Assembly (NCBI GenBank): GCA_964410135.1
Contig: CAYPFQ010000001.1
Span: 92,373 to 141,847, forward strand
Direction of reading: 5' to 3'
DNA from: an uncultured Candidatus Bathyarchaeia archaeon
Lineage (GTDB): Archaea > Thermoproteota > Bathyarchaeia > RBG-16-48-13 > CAYPFQ01
DNA: 49,475 bases
Shown here: positions 37,579 to 47,087 of the stretch, in pieces
How the letters are laid out: every line of letters begins with the position of its first letter
Numbering within the stretch: position 1 is the stretch's first letter
Notes under the pieces: model-generated
What the model saw: only the letters and a program-made list of their open reading frames with translations
Told to the model about the DNA's origin: nothing
Databases searched by the model: none
Program-made: the position numbers and the translations under genes

Positions 37579-38442
37579 TTACACTCTCATTAGCCCCGCA
37601 TCTTTGGCCATTAAATCTAAGCTAATAGTTAGGATGTCTTCTAAGCCCCTTGGAATTGGTGTTTTTAATCGGCCCTCGTCGATGACTTTCATATAATGTT
37701 TACATTTTTCGCAGAAGTCGACCCGAAACTCCGGGCTCTCTTCAGAACGAAGAAACCCTAGGGTATATGGATCAGCGTTACCACACTTGACGCAGAGAAA
37801 TAGATCAGCTAGATATTCAGCTCCACAAAACATGCATGTCAAATAACGTTTACGTTCCTTAAGTTTAGCGATAATAGGGATTCTGCCACAAACAGGGCAG
37901 AGGGCCTGCCACCACTCTTCAAGGAAAGAGGGATCTACCCTTCGCGCAATTTCCTCTAAACACGGTTGAATTGGTGTGCCAATGATGAAAAATAGTTGAG
38001 ATAGGTCAACCTCTAATGCTTTTCCGATTCTTTCAAGCCATTCCGTATCTCCTTTAATTGCGGCTTTTATGAGAGCATGTAGATCTGTATCCCCTTTCTC
38101 TAGCTTGGCTGAAAACTTCTTTAGCCCAGTCTCATCAATTCCATGCTTAAGAAGAACTTGTATAACCTGTTGACATACTTGAAGAACAAGACTCTCATTA
38201 AATATGGCTGGATCGAGAAAGCGGGTTATAGGCCGCCTAGAGATGCGAGCATGTTGTTCTAACTCTTTAATAAACGATCGATCGCTCCAGTCGACTGTTG
38301 TTCCCTTGGTGGGAGTTTCTTCAATTTTCTCTCTCACTTTTAAAATGGCTTTATGTAAATTCAGATATTTACTGAGGCTTTGATATCTGACAAGCGCCTG
38401 ATTAACGGCGTTTATTTGTTCATGCAAAGGAGGTCTTCCCAA
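37579..38442 (-). CDS. fdhE: Formate dehydrogenase accessory protein FdhE
   Basis: CPVCG, CMFC, CVKCG, CEKCKHYMK; divergent from the fdh operon. Confidence 0.88.
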   Translation of the reverse strand: MGRPPLHEQINAVNQALVRYQSLSKYLNLHKAILKVREKIEETPTKGTTVDWSDRSFIKELEQHARISRRPITRFLDPAIFNESLVLQVCQQVIQVLLKHGIDETGLKKFSAKLEKGDTDLHALIKAAIKGDTEWLERIGKALEVDLSQLFFIIGTPIQPCLEEIARRVDPSFLEEWWQALCPVCGRIPIIAKLKERKRYLTCMFCGAEYLADLFLCVKCGNADPYTLGFLRSEESPEFRVDFCEKCKHYMKVIDEGRLKTPIPRGLEDILTISLDLMAKDAGLMRV

Positions 38443-38664
38443 GCTTACAGCATCTCTTTCATCAGAAGTAGCTTAATCCTCTTAGTATAGGATTTCATGT
38501 ATATTTCAAGCACTCGCGCAAAGTGGTCTCAAGATATAGGCTGTACGAGTCATGACAAAGAATATAAAAAGTTTGAGCAAAACTTATTTAACAATTATAA
38601 CTATCCTCAACATCTATTCGGATAATTATTGGCTCAATGTATCAGGGTTAAGGTGCGCCACTAA

Positions 38665-41568
38665 ATGGAAGCAGCCGGGAAGACGAATGATTTTCAGATG
38701 GATAGAAGAACTTTTCTAAAACTGGGAGTAGGTGCGCCCGCGGTCTTCGCGTTGACAGGGCTCTCTGATGTCATGAGAGATGTGATAACGGAATTACCTC
38801 TAAGCGAGAAAATGCGTCTAAAATACAAGTTGGGACGGCAGACTCCAAGCATTTGTACATACTGTGCTGGAGGCTGTGGTTTAGTCGTAACATCCCTAGA
38901 TGGCAGAGTGGTGGAAATAGAAGGAGACCCCAATCACCCTATAAACGAAGGTGCCCTATGCAGTAAAGCAAGCGCCTACATTCAACTGGTGAATAGTGAT
39001 CGTCGCGTCCTACAACCGATGAAGAGAACTAATCCAAAGAAGGGAATAGACCAGGATCCAAAATGGGTTCCGATAACTTGGGATGAAGCCTTTGCCATTA
39101 TTGTCAGCAAGGTCAAAGGGGCTACGAAGGGCGTTAAATATGAATATGAAGAAGCTGCAGGCAGCGCCGTAGTGAAGAACTATTATCATGTGGGCAAGGA
39201 CTCACCAATAGGTTGGCATGGCTCATCCTACTGGAACAATGAGGAATGCTACCTAGCAAAGAAACTAGTATCCCTTTTAGGGTCGTTAAATATCGAGAAT
39301 CAAGCCAGAAAATGCCACGCCTCAACTGTGGTATCGTTAGCCAACACCTTTGGTTTCGGAGCTATGACAAATCATCTTGCTGACGCAAAGAATTCCAAGT
39401 GCTTCCTTATTATCAGCAATGTGGCTGAAAGCCATAGCTTAGAGTTTCGATGGGTGATGAGAGCAAAGGACAATGGCGCCAAAATTATCGTATTTGATCC
39501 ACGCTACAGTAGAACCGCTTCTAAAGCAGACCTCTACTTCAGATACAGGTCTGGAGCAGAGGCAGCCGTATTCTTGGGCCTAGTCAGGTATTTGCTTTAT
39601 GAGAAACCTGAATACATTGACTGGCAGTTCGTTGAGAAAAGAACAAACGCTCCATACGATCTTGACGGAAACAAACTGGACGATTGGAAAACAAATCCCA
39701 ACTCAATTTTTAGTAAGTTGAAAGCGATGGTTGAGAAATATAAGCCCGCAGAAGTGTACAGAATCTCAGGTTTACCGGAGGATGGACTTAGGAAGGTCGC
39801 TGAGACCTTCATGAAGAATAAACCTGGCAACATCTATTATGCGATGGGTACCACACAACACACGAACGCAACTCAAGCCATAAGGGCACAGGCTATTCTT
39901 CAATTGCTCCTTGGAAACATCGGTGTTCCAGGCGGAGGAATAAACGCCTTGCGGGGCATCAATAACGTGCAGGGGTGCACGGACATGAACCTCTTATCCC
40001 ATGTGATAATGGGTTACAGGGTGCCACCGCGGAATACAGCGGACGTAAGAAGATACCAGAAATGGAAGAACACAGATCCAGCCGCACGCGGAGGAGTTGC
40101 AGAAGGGGCCGCCTACAAACCCGCGGATAAGATTGAGGAGCGTTGGGATGATCGAATGTTTCCCACTTGGAACAATCTTGAGTACAATTGGGGATGTTAC
40201 GTTGGCACCTACCCAGGTGTGAATCCTGACAATGAACCGGTTATATGCGACTTGCCGATCGGTGTTGGGTATCAAACAGTAGAATTCTTTAGAGCTATTA
40301 AAGATGGTAAAATTAAGGTTGCATTTATCGTTGGTGAGAACCCTGCGGTTTCAAACCCTAACGCTAACTTAGTTAGAGACGCCCTCAGCAAAGAAAGCCT
40401 CTTCCTAGTAGTCTGTGAAATCTTTGAAACAGAAACAGCCCATTATGCGGACATACTACTTCCCGGAACTACGGTGGTTGAGAGGGATGGAACTGTCACC
40501 AATACTGGTAGGTGGGTTCAATGGCGCTGGAAAGCGGTCGAGCCGCCGGGTGAGTGCAGGAGTGAACTATGGTTTGTAACCGAGTTGTTTAAGAGATTAC
40601 GAATGGACGCTGGCGTAAAATTACCTTCCGAACTCTCACCCTACACCACAAGTTCCAATCCTGACGCAAAATGGCCCACACCATACAAGGGAGAACTCGG
40701 AGAAACCCCTGAGGCGGTATATAAGGAGATAGGTCACCTCACCAAGTGGGCGAACGCTCTCTACAGGAGTTGCTGGGATGAAACTCTTCGCCCCGACCTT
40801 AAGGGTGTATTAGCCAAGAGACGTGATCGCAGACCTGTTAGCGATCAGGACGAAGCATACGGGTACTTCAAGAACTGGGCTTGGAGTTGGATGCTTAACC
40901 AGAGGATTCTATATAACGTAGATGAATCCCCGCCTGGGTTGAAGACATTCTACGTTTGGTGGGCTCACTCCAGCGACAAATGGTTAGGTCTCGACACCGC
41001 AGCCATCTGGTCTAAACCCCTCGTTGACCCAACTAAACAAGATTGGAATCCACTTAAGCACGGATTTCCCATGCACAATGAACCTCTTGAAAGCCCAGAT
41101 GTGGACTTGGCGAAGGAGTATCCAAGCATGTGGGATGGCAGATTCGATGTGGCGACTGGTAGTTCCAAAGATTATCCATATGTGCTCACAACTTTCCGAG
41201 TCGCAGAGCACATGCAAGGCGGGGCTATGACTAGAAACCTACCATGGCTGGTGGAGTTGCATCCCGAAATGTTCGTGGAGATTAGTCCAGCTTTGGCTTC
41301 TGAGCTGGGTGTGAAAAGTGGCGATTACGTAATCGTTAAGACGGCGAGGAACCCGACAGGTGAGAAGATGAAGGCGATCGTCACAGAGAGAGTCCAACCA
41401 TTAACGATTAACGGTAAGAAATTGCATGAAGTAGCCATGCCATGGCATTGGGGTTTTAAGGGTCTCAGTAAAGGGCCGACTGCAAACACGTTAATGATCG
41501 ATGCTGTAGATGTCTCCGCGGGCATTCCAGAGTATAAAGCGTGTCTGTGTAAGGTGGAGAAAGCATAG
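38665..41568 (+). CDS. fdnG: Formate dehydrogenase alpha subunit (FdnG-like, Mo/W-bis-PGD, Cys ligand, Tat signal)
   Basis: MDRRTFLK Tat motif, CTYCAGGC...C, NQARKCH (TGC at 39313-39315), LRGINNVQG. Confidence 0.9.
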   Translation: MEAAGKTNDFQMDRRTFLKLGVGAPAVFALTGLSDVMRDVITELPLSEKMRLKYKLGRQTPSICTYCAGGCGLVVTSLDGRVVEIEGDPNHPINEGALCSKASAYIQLVNSDRRVLQPMKRTNPKKGIDQDPKWVPITWDEAFAIIVSKVKGATKGVKYEYEEAAGSAVVKNYYHVGKDSPIGWHGSSYWNNEECYLAKKLVSLLGSLNIENQARKCHASTVVSLANTFGFGAMTNHLADAKNSKCFLIISNVAESHSLEFRWVMRAKDNGAKIIVFDPRYSRTASKADLYFRYRSGAEAAVFLGLVRYLLYEKPEYIDWQFVEKRTNAPYDLDGNKLDDWKTNPNSIFSKLKAMVEKYKPAEVYRISGLPEDGLRKVAETFMKNKPGNIYYAMGTTQHTNATQAIRAQAILQLLLGNIGVPGGGINALRGINNVQGCTDMNLLSHVIMGYRVPPRNTADVRRYQKWKNTDPAARGGVAEGAAYKPADKIEERWDDRMFPTWNNLEYNWGCYVGTYPGVNPDNEPVICDLPIGVGYQTVEFFRAIKDGKIKVAFIVGENPAVSNPNANLVRDALSKESLFLVVCEIFETETAHYADILLPGTTVVERDGTVTNTGRWVQWRWKAVEPPGECRSELWFVTELFKRLRMDAGVKLPSELSPYTTSSNPDAKWPTPYKGELGETPEAVYKEIGHLTKWANALYRSCWDETLRPDLKGVLAKRRDRRPVSDQDEAYGYFKNWAWSWMLNQRILYNVDESPPGLKTFYVWWAHSSDKWLGLDTAAIWSKPLVDPTKQDWNPLKHGFPMHNEPLESPDVDLAKEYPSMWDGRFDVATGSSKDYPYVLTTFRVAEHMQGGAMTRNLPWLVELHPEMFVEISPALASELGVKSGDYVIVKTARNPTGEKMKAIVTERVQPLTINGKKLHEVAMPWHWGFKGLSKGPTANTLMIDAVDVSAGIPEYKACLCKVEKA

Positions 41569-41577
41569 GTGTGAAAA

Positions 41578-42336
41578 ATGGTTAAAGCAGTCCTTTATGA
41601 TTTAAGAAGGTGCATTGGTTGCCGAGCATGTCAAGTCGCCTGCAAACGTTGGAATGAGCGGAAGGGAGAATCGACGACGCTAAGTGCAGGTAAGGGCACT
41701 GAGTGGACAAACCCACCTGATCTTTCACCCCAAACTTTCACTTTCGTTAAATTCATTGGAAAAGGCGAGGGCGATAATTTCAGGTGGCACTTTGCGAAGT
41801 GGCAGTGCATGCACTGTGTGGAGCCAGCCTGTGTTTCCGTATGCCCAGCAACAGCCCTATACAAAACGAAGGAGGGGCCTGTCCTTTACGATAAAGAGCT
41901 TTGCGTTGGCTGTAGGTATTGTGGAACAGGCTGCCCCTTCGGTATTCCAAGATTTGATTGGCAAAACAGACTCGTCGAGAAGTGCACATTTTGTGCCGAT
42001 AGAATCGCTTTTGGGCTGGAGCCAGCGTGTGTAGCCACATGTCCAACTGATGCACTAAGCTTCGGAGAAAGGGACGAAATTGTCAGGAAGGTTGAGAAAG
42101 CTGAAAGCGAAGGCGCATATGCCTATGGTAAAAAGGAAGCCGGAGGCACTTCTTGGATCTACATTTTAGATGTGCCTCCTAAGGAGCTAGGATTCCCTGC
42201 ACCTGGAGATCAACCTCAAACAGTGTTTGCTAGGGACTTGTTGTTTGGGTTCGGAGGTGTAGGGATTGTAGTGGGTGCCATGCTTTACGGATTGAAGCTT
42301 TACAATGAAAGACGTAAGAAAGTGGGAGGGAAGTAA
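41578..42336 (+). CDS. fdnH: Formate dehydrogenase iron-sulfur subunit (4 x [4Fe-4S], C-terminal TM)
   Basis: CIGCRACQVAC, CMHCVEPACVSVC, CVGCRYCGTGC, CTFC...PAC...C; C-terminal hydrophobic helix. Confidence 0.88.
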   Translation: MVKAVLYDLRRCIGCRACQVACKRWNERKGESTTLSAGKGTEWTNPPDLSPQTFTFVKFIGKGEGDNFRWHFAKWQCMHCVEPACVSVCPATALYKTKEGPVLYDKELCVGCRYCGTGCPFGIPRFDWQNRLVEKCTFCADRIAFGLEPACVATCPTDALSFGERDEIVRKVEKAESEGAYAYGKKEAGGTSWIYILDVPPKELGFPAPGDQPQTVFARDLLFGFGGVGIVVGAMLYGLKLYNERRKKVGGK

Positions 42337-42339
42337 GAA

Positions 42340-43239
42340 ATGCAGATCGAATGGTCGTGGTACATCGCCACGTATCTGTTCTTAGGAGGCTTGGGTGCTG
42401 GCGCGTACATAACTTCAGCAGTCGCTGACATCTGGGGCAAAGAGAAGTATAGCACCCTCTCAAAGTTTGGTGCCCATGCGAGTTGGCTCGTCATAATCGT
42501 GGGGCTCGTTCTGCTGATCCTCGATCTTGGAAGGCCTGAGCTGGGAAGGCTTGACCACATACTCAATGTACTCAATAATCCCACCTCAATGATGACTATA
42601 GGCGTGTACCTCCTAACAGCCTTCCTTATCGTTGCAGTACTGACCAGCCTATTCTGGATTTCAAAGTGGAGTAGGTCATGGCTACGAACAGTCGTAGAGA
42701 CAGTCGGTTCAGTGCTCGCTGTGGCTGTAGCTCTCTATACAGGTCTCCTCCTCGCCTTAGCTAGGGGGATTCCGCTCTGGCAATCCCCATTCTTGCCGTG
42801 GCTCTTCACGCTCTCCGCGGCATCAACTGGTCTTGTGTTGGTAGGATTATCCTGTTCTCCACTCGCTTCAACGCTCTTCCCACGCTTCTCGACGAGTCCT
42901 AAAGGCGAAACATTACACATCATAGGCAAGGCGGATACTATTCTAATTGAAGCTGAACTAGTAACTGTCGGCCTCTATCTTAGTAGCCTCATCTTCACCG
43001 AAGCTGGTGCAAGGAGTGTAACCCGCTTGTTGGGTGGTGTTATGGGCTTCGTTTTCTGGGGAATAGTAGTCGTTATAGGATTACTTGTGCCACTCTTTAT
43101 CGAAACCTATGGTTTGACCTATTTGAAGAGAACTAGTCGTATAAACGCAATCCCAACGACGCTGATGATCACCTTTATCCTCATACTCATAGGGGGGTTA
43201 TTCCTAAGATACTCGATCCTCTTTGCCGGCCAAATTTGA
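42340..43239 (+). CDS. NrfD/PsrC-family membrane anchor
   Basis: IATYLFLGGLGAG, DLGRP, SMMTIG, YTGLLL, LRYSILFAGQ. Confidence 0.88.
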   Translation: MQIEWSWYIATYLFLGGLGAGAYITSAVADIWGKEKYSTLSKFGAHASWLVIIVGLVLLILDLGRPELGRLDHILNVLNNPTSMMTIGVYLLTAFLIVAVLTSLFWISKWSRSWLRTVVETVGSVLAVAVALYTGLLLALARGIPLWQSPFLPWLFTLSAASTGLVLVGLSCSPLASTLFPRFSTSPKGETLHIIGKADTILIEAELVTVGLYLSSLIFTEAGARSVTRLLGGVMGFVFWGIVVVIGLLVPLFIETYGLTYLKRTSRINAIPTTLMITFILILIGGLFLRYSILFAGQI

Positions 43240-43409
43240 TGACATCATCCGTCGATTTTCTTATTTGCCCATATTCCAAAATCTGCTTTTTAATTAGCGT
43301 GCTTTACAAGCCTTTACATTTTTATAACGCCCTTAATGTAGCTGGTTGCAGGTATACTGCGATGAAATGCTTTCTTAGATTTTAACCCTTAATTATTTCC
43401 AACTCAATC

Positions 43410-43871
43410 TTACATGGTGGTGTTAGGCCTGTCGTAGGGAAGCTTCTCGATTATCGTGTATCTAGGTCCGCAGTCTGTGCAGGTTATGAAATAATATCGG
43501 TGACGGCGATTTGAAGAGTCAAAAAACTCCTTCAAGCATTGGCTGCAGATCGGCATATCAGGCGGAATAATGGAGCCAGCCTCTCCTCTTTCCCTCGTGC
43601 TCTTTAAAATTTTGAATTCTTGGAAGCCACCTTTATCCGCCACGAGTTTTACGTCCAGCCTGCTTATCTGGGCCGCAGTGGGCTTGTCTGTTTCAACACG
43701 TTGAATAAAACTTTTTACAGAGGCTTCATCACCTTCGACAATCATTTCCACTCCAGCGTCACCTCTGTTTCTAACATAGCCTTTAAGCCCTAGCTCCACT
43801 GCAAGCCGATAGATAAAGGGGCGAAAACCTACTCCCTGAACAATTCCGAGAACTCTGACCTCAGCCCTCAA
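43410..43871 (-). pseudogene. hypF: Truncated hypF (acylphosphatase domain + first Zn finger only)
   Basis: VQGVGFRPF, GYVRN, PPD..ICSQC, ITCTDCGPRYTII..LPYDR.NTTM then TAA. No HypF continuation seen downstream. Confidence 0.75.
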
Positions 43872-43999
43872 AACTCTCGCAACCCTACTCGGCTATGAGT
43901 TTGTATCTGGAAGAGGAAACCACCCATTTATCTCTATCGCAAGTCCATAACATCGAAACAGCCGCCACTCCAAAGCAAGAAGACTAACCAGCGCGACAC

Positions 44000-44017
44000 A
44001 AAGAAAAAATGAAGAAA
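44000..44017 (-). terminator. T-rich terminator candidate after leuA
   Basis: Minus strand TTTCTTCATTTTTTCTTT about 20 nt past the leuA stop. Confidence 0.4.
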
Positions 44018-44037
44018 CTGAAAGATGAACAGTGAAC

Positions 44038-45558
44038 TTAGCGCGTTTCACGTTCTTTATAAAGAATCAGCACGCGATTTATCGCGTTAATCATTGCCTC
44101 AACGCTTGCCATCACTATGTCTTCGCGGGCAGCCCTCGCCGATACTATGTTCCCGTCTTTGTCCTCAACTTTGATAACCACTTCAGCTACGGCGTCGGAT
44201 CCTCCGCTCAACGCCTCCAATCTATATTCTTTTAACCTAACATTTGCTAAGCTAGCTGTAAGTTTCTGGATAGCTTTTATCGCAGCGTCCACAGGCCCTA
44301 CTCCTGTTTCAGCAGCCACATACTCTTTCTCATCGAGTATAAGTTTCACTGAGGCTGTTGGAATCACCTTGATTCCGGTCACTACAGCTAGGTCAACTAA
44401 GTCTACAATCCTCTTTTCTGCGGTTGTTTCTCCTAGCACGGTTCTCGCTATTGCCAGCAGATCAGCGTCTGTCACCGTCTTACCCTTGTCGCCTAGCTCT
44501 TTAACTCTGGCCACTATTTCCTTCAACTGCACCTCAGTTGGGTGGAATCCCGCCTCCTCTAGTCCAGCTTTTATCCCATGTACGCCTGCATGTTTTCCAG
44601 CGAGAAGCTTCCTTCTTCTTCCAACTAGCTCTGGAGGGATCGGCTCGTATGTGATTGGCTTGGCTACTATTCCATGGGTATGTATGCCTGCTTCATGGGC
44701 GAATGCATTCTCACCTACAATCGCCTTGTTCGGCTGGACTACGATCCCAGTAAGTCTTGAAACAAGCTGTGAGGTTCCATAAATCAGCTTAGTGTTTATT
44801 CCTGTTTTCTTATTTTGTAGCAGATGAAGCGACATAACGACCTCTTCTAGTGCTGCGTTGCCCGCTCTCTCCCCTAGCCCATTTACGGTTACATGGACCT
44901 GTGAAGCTCCGGCCTCGACACCTGCTAGTGAATTTGCTACGGCCATGCCGAAATCGTTGTGGCAGTGCATGCTGATTGGTTTTTTAATGACTTTTTTGAG
45001 TTCACAGATAAGTTGGTACATCTGGTTCGGCATCATCACGCCGACTGTGTCGGGTACATTAATTCTGTCTGCTCCTGCATCTACCGCCGCCTTATACACT
45101 TGTTTCAGATATTTCAGATCGGTGCGGGTGGCATCTTCTGCTGAAAATTCTACTACGACGCCGTGATCTTTTGCGTATTCAATTCCTTTGACGGCCATTT
45201 GTATGACTTGTTCACGGCTCATTTTCAATTTGTGTTTCAAATGAACATCTGAGGTTGCTATGAAAGTGTGTACGCATCCTACATCGCATTCTAGGGCTGC
45301 ATCTATATCTCCTTGCATAGATCTGGCTAATCCGCAGATTTCAGCTTTCAATCCATCTTTGGCGATCAGCTTGATTGCTTCCTGCTCACCTTTTGAAGTA
45401 ATTGGAAAGCCAGCCTCTATTGTATCTACGCCTAGCCTGTCGAGTTGGCGAGCGATCTCTAATTTCTCATCAGGAGTTAATGAGACGCCTGGGCTCTGTT
45501 CTCCATCTCTTAAGGTTGTATCAAAAATTCTAATATGCCCTGCACTTTTAGATTTCAA
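44038..45558 (-). CDS. leuA: 2-isopropylmalate synthase
   Basis: DTTLRDGEQ, HTFIATS, EFSAEDA, HCHND, GERAGN, C-terminal regulatory domain; in the leu operon. Confidence 0.85.
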   Translation of the reverse strand: MKSKSAGHIRIFDTTLRDGEQSPGVSLTPDEKLEIARQLDRLGVDTIEAGFPITSKGEQEAIKLIAKDGLKAEICGLARSMQGDIDAALECDVGCVHTFIATSDVHLKHKLKMSREQVIQMAVKGIEYAKDHGVVVEFSAEDATRTDLKYLKQVYKAAVDAGADRINVPDTVGVMMPNQMYQLICELKKVIKKPISMHCHNDFGMAVANSLAGVEAGASQVHVTVNGLGERAGNAALEEVVMSLHLLQNKKTGINTKLIYGTSQLVSRLTGIVVQPNKAIVGENAFAHEAGIHTHGIVAKPITYEPIPPELVGRRRKLLAGKHAGVHGIKAGLEEAGFHPTEVQLKEIVARVKELGDKGKTVTDADLLAIARTVLGETTAEKRIVDLVDLAVVTGIKVIPTASVKLILDEKEYVAAETGVGPVDAAIKAIQKLTASLANVRLKEYRLEALSGGSDAVAEVVIKVEDKDGNIVSARAAREDIVMASVEAMINAINRVLILYKERETR

Positions 45559-45564
45559 ACAATC

Positions 45565-46593
45565 TCAACTTCCAGCGATATTTATAGCCACAGCCTCTCC
45601 TACTTCACTGGTCTTCGCTTTTCCGCCAAGGTCAGGAGTTACAACTCCTTGGTTCAAAGTCTTGATTACTGCCTCTTCCATGGCTTTCGCTGCTTTTGTG
45701 CAAGTTGGATCGTTGTACTGATGGTCAATCCAATCTAGCATCATTTTCGAGACAAGAATCATTGAGAATGGATTGGCTTTCTGCTTTCCCGCTATGTCTG
45801 GAGCTGATCCGTGAACTGGCTCAAATAGGGCGGAGTTTTCCCCGATGTTTGCCCCTGGACACATGCCTAAGCCTCCAATGAGCTGTGCAGCCTCATCTGA
45901 GAGTATATCGCCGAACACGTTTGTGGTCACTATGACATCAAATTCCTGAGGCGCTCTAATCAGTTGCATCGCAGCAGTATCTGCGTAAAGCTCATTAAAT
46001 TTTATATCGGGATGCTCTCTAGCAACCTTTCTGCAGACCTCAGCGAACAGTCCATCAGTTACTCTCAGCACATTTGCCTTGTGAACCGCTGTGACTTTCT
46101 TCTTTTTGTTCCGCCTCTTAGCCAACTCAAATGCGTATCTTGCTATTCTCTCAGAGCCCTGCCTCGTTATAATCCTCAAGGCTACAGCGGTATCTGCCGA
46201 TGCAAATTCGATTCCTTTGTAAACATCCTCCGTGTTCTCTCTTGCAAAGACAAAGTCTATATCAGGTCGTATATCTGGGACTCGGGGATATGACTTGATC
46301 GGGCGGATGTTGGCGTATAAATCGAGCATAAGCCTCAGCCTTATAATCACATCCATCGCCGTCTCTCCCACAGGCCCCTTCAAACAGGCTTGAGATTTTC
46401 TTATTACATCGATCGTGTCCTGCGGGAGAGCTGTACCATGCTTTTTAAGGCACGCATCGCCAGCCTCAACTTCAACAAAGTTTAACCTTAATCCGAACTT
46501 TTTTTGAACAGCATCTAAGACCTTCAGTGTGGCCTCCGTCTGTTCGGGGCCGATACCATCCCCCGGGATTAATGCTATCTGATAACTTTTCAT
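45565..46593 (-). CDS. leuB: 3-isopropylmalate dehydrogenase
   Basis: GDGIGPE, RENTEDVY, FGDILSD, HGSAPDIAG (NAD-type). Confidence 0.88.
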   Translation of the reverse strand: MKSYQIALIPGDGIGPEQTEATLKVLDAVQKKFGLRLNFVEVEAGDACLKKHGTALPQDTIDVIRKSQACLKGPVGETAMDVIIRLRLMLDLYANIRPIKSYPRVPDIRPDIDFVFARENTEDVYKGIEFASADTAVALRIITRQGSERIARYAFELAKRRNKKKKVTAVHKANVLRVTDGLFAEVCRKVAREHPDIKFNELYADTAAMQLIRAPQEFDVIVTTNVFGDILSDEAAQLIGGLGMCPGANIGENSALFEPVHGSAPDIAGKQKANPFSMILVSKMMLDWIDHQYNDPTCTKAAKAMEEAVIKTLNQGVVTPDLGGKAKTSEVGEAVAINIAGS

Positions 46594-47087
46594 TCCGCTT
46601 CCCTCCGCTTTCTTAGATGCTCTATAAGTCCCCCTTCGTTGATTAGGCTTAAAATGAATTCTGGTAAGGGCGTTGCTTGCAGGATTAGGTTGCTTGATTG
46701 GTTTTTGATTACCCCACCTTCCAGGTCGACGAGCAACTCGTCATCTTCTCTAGTTTTTCTGTTAATTCCCGGGCACTCGATGATTGGTAAGCCAACGTTT
46801 ATGGCATTTCTGTAGAAGATACGTGCAAACGATTCTGCTACTATGCCTTTTACGCCTGCTGCCTTCAAAGCTATAGGTGCTTGTTCTCGGCTTGAACCAC
46901 AACCAAAATTTTTGCCACCAACAATGATTGCACCATCCCTCACTTTTTGAGGGAACTGCGGGTCAAGTCCTTCCATCGCATGCTTCCCTAAATCCTCAGG
47001 ATCCGTGAAGACCAAAAATTTTCCTGGAAGAATCACGTCGGTATCAACGTTATCTCCAAATTTTACTACCTTGCCAGAAATCCTCAT
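46590..47087 (-). CDS. leuD: 3-isopropylmalate dehydratase small subunit
   Basis: [22 protein letters not shown]. Confidence 0.9.
   Translation of the reverse strand: MRISGKVVKFGDNVDTDVILPGKFLVFTDPEDLGKHAMEGLDPQFPQKVRDGAIIVGGKNFGCGSSREQAPIALKAAGVKGIVAESFARIFYRNAINVGLPIIECPGINRKTREDDELLVDLEGGVIKNQSSNLILQATPLPEFILSLINEGGLIEHLRKRREAE

Noticed and set aside
39313-39315. Possible selenocysteine in formate dehydrogenase
   Set aside because: The codon is TGC (Cys) and the ORF is uninterrupted.
43890-44010. 38-aa plus-strand ORF (MSLYLEEETT...TKKK) between hypF and leuA
   Set aside because: It overlaps the hypF upstream region and the leuA terminator, has no RBS and no recognisable features.
44117-44782. 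221-aa antisense ORF in leuA, and the many other antisense ORFs in the track
   Set aside because: Antisense shadows of conserved enzymes with no independent motifs or RBS.
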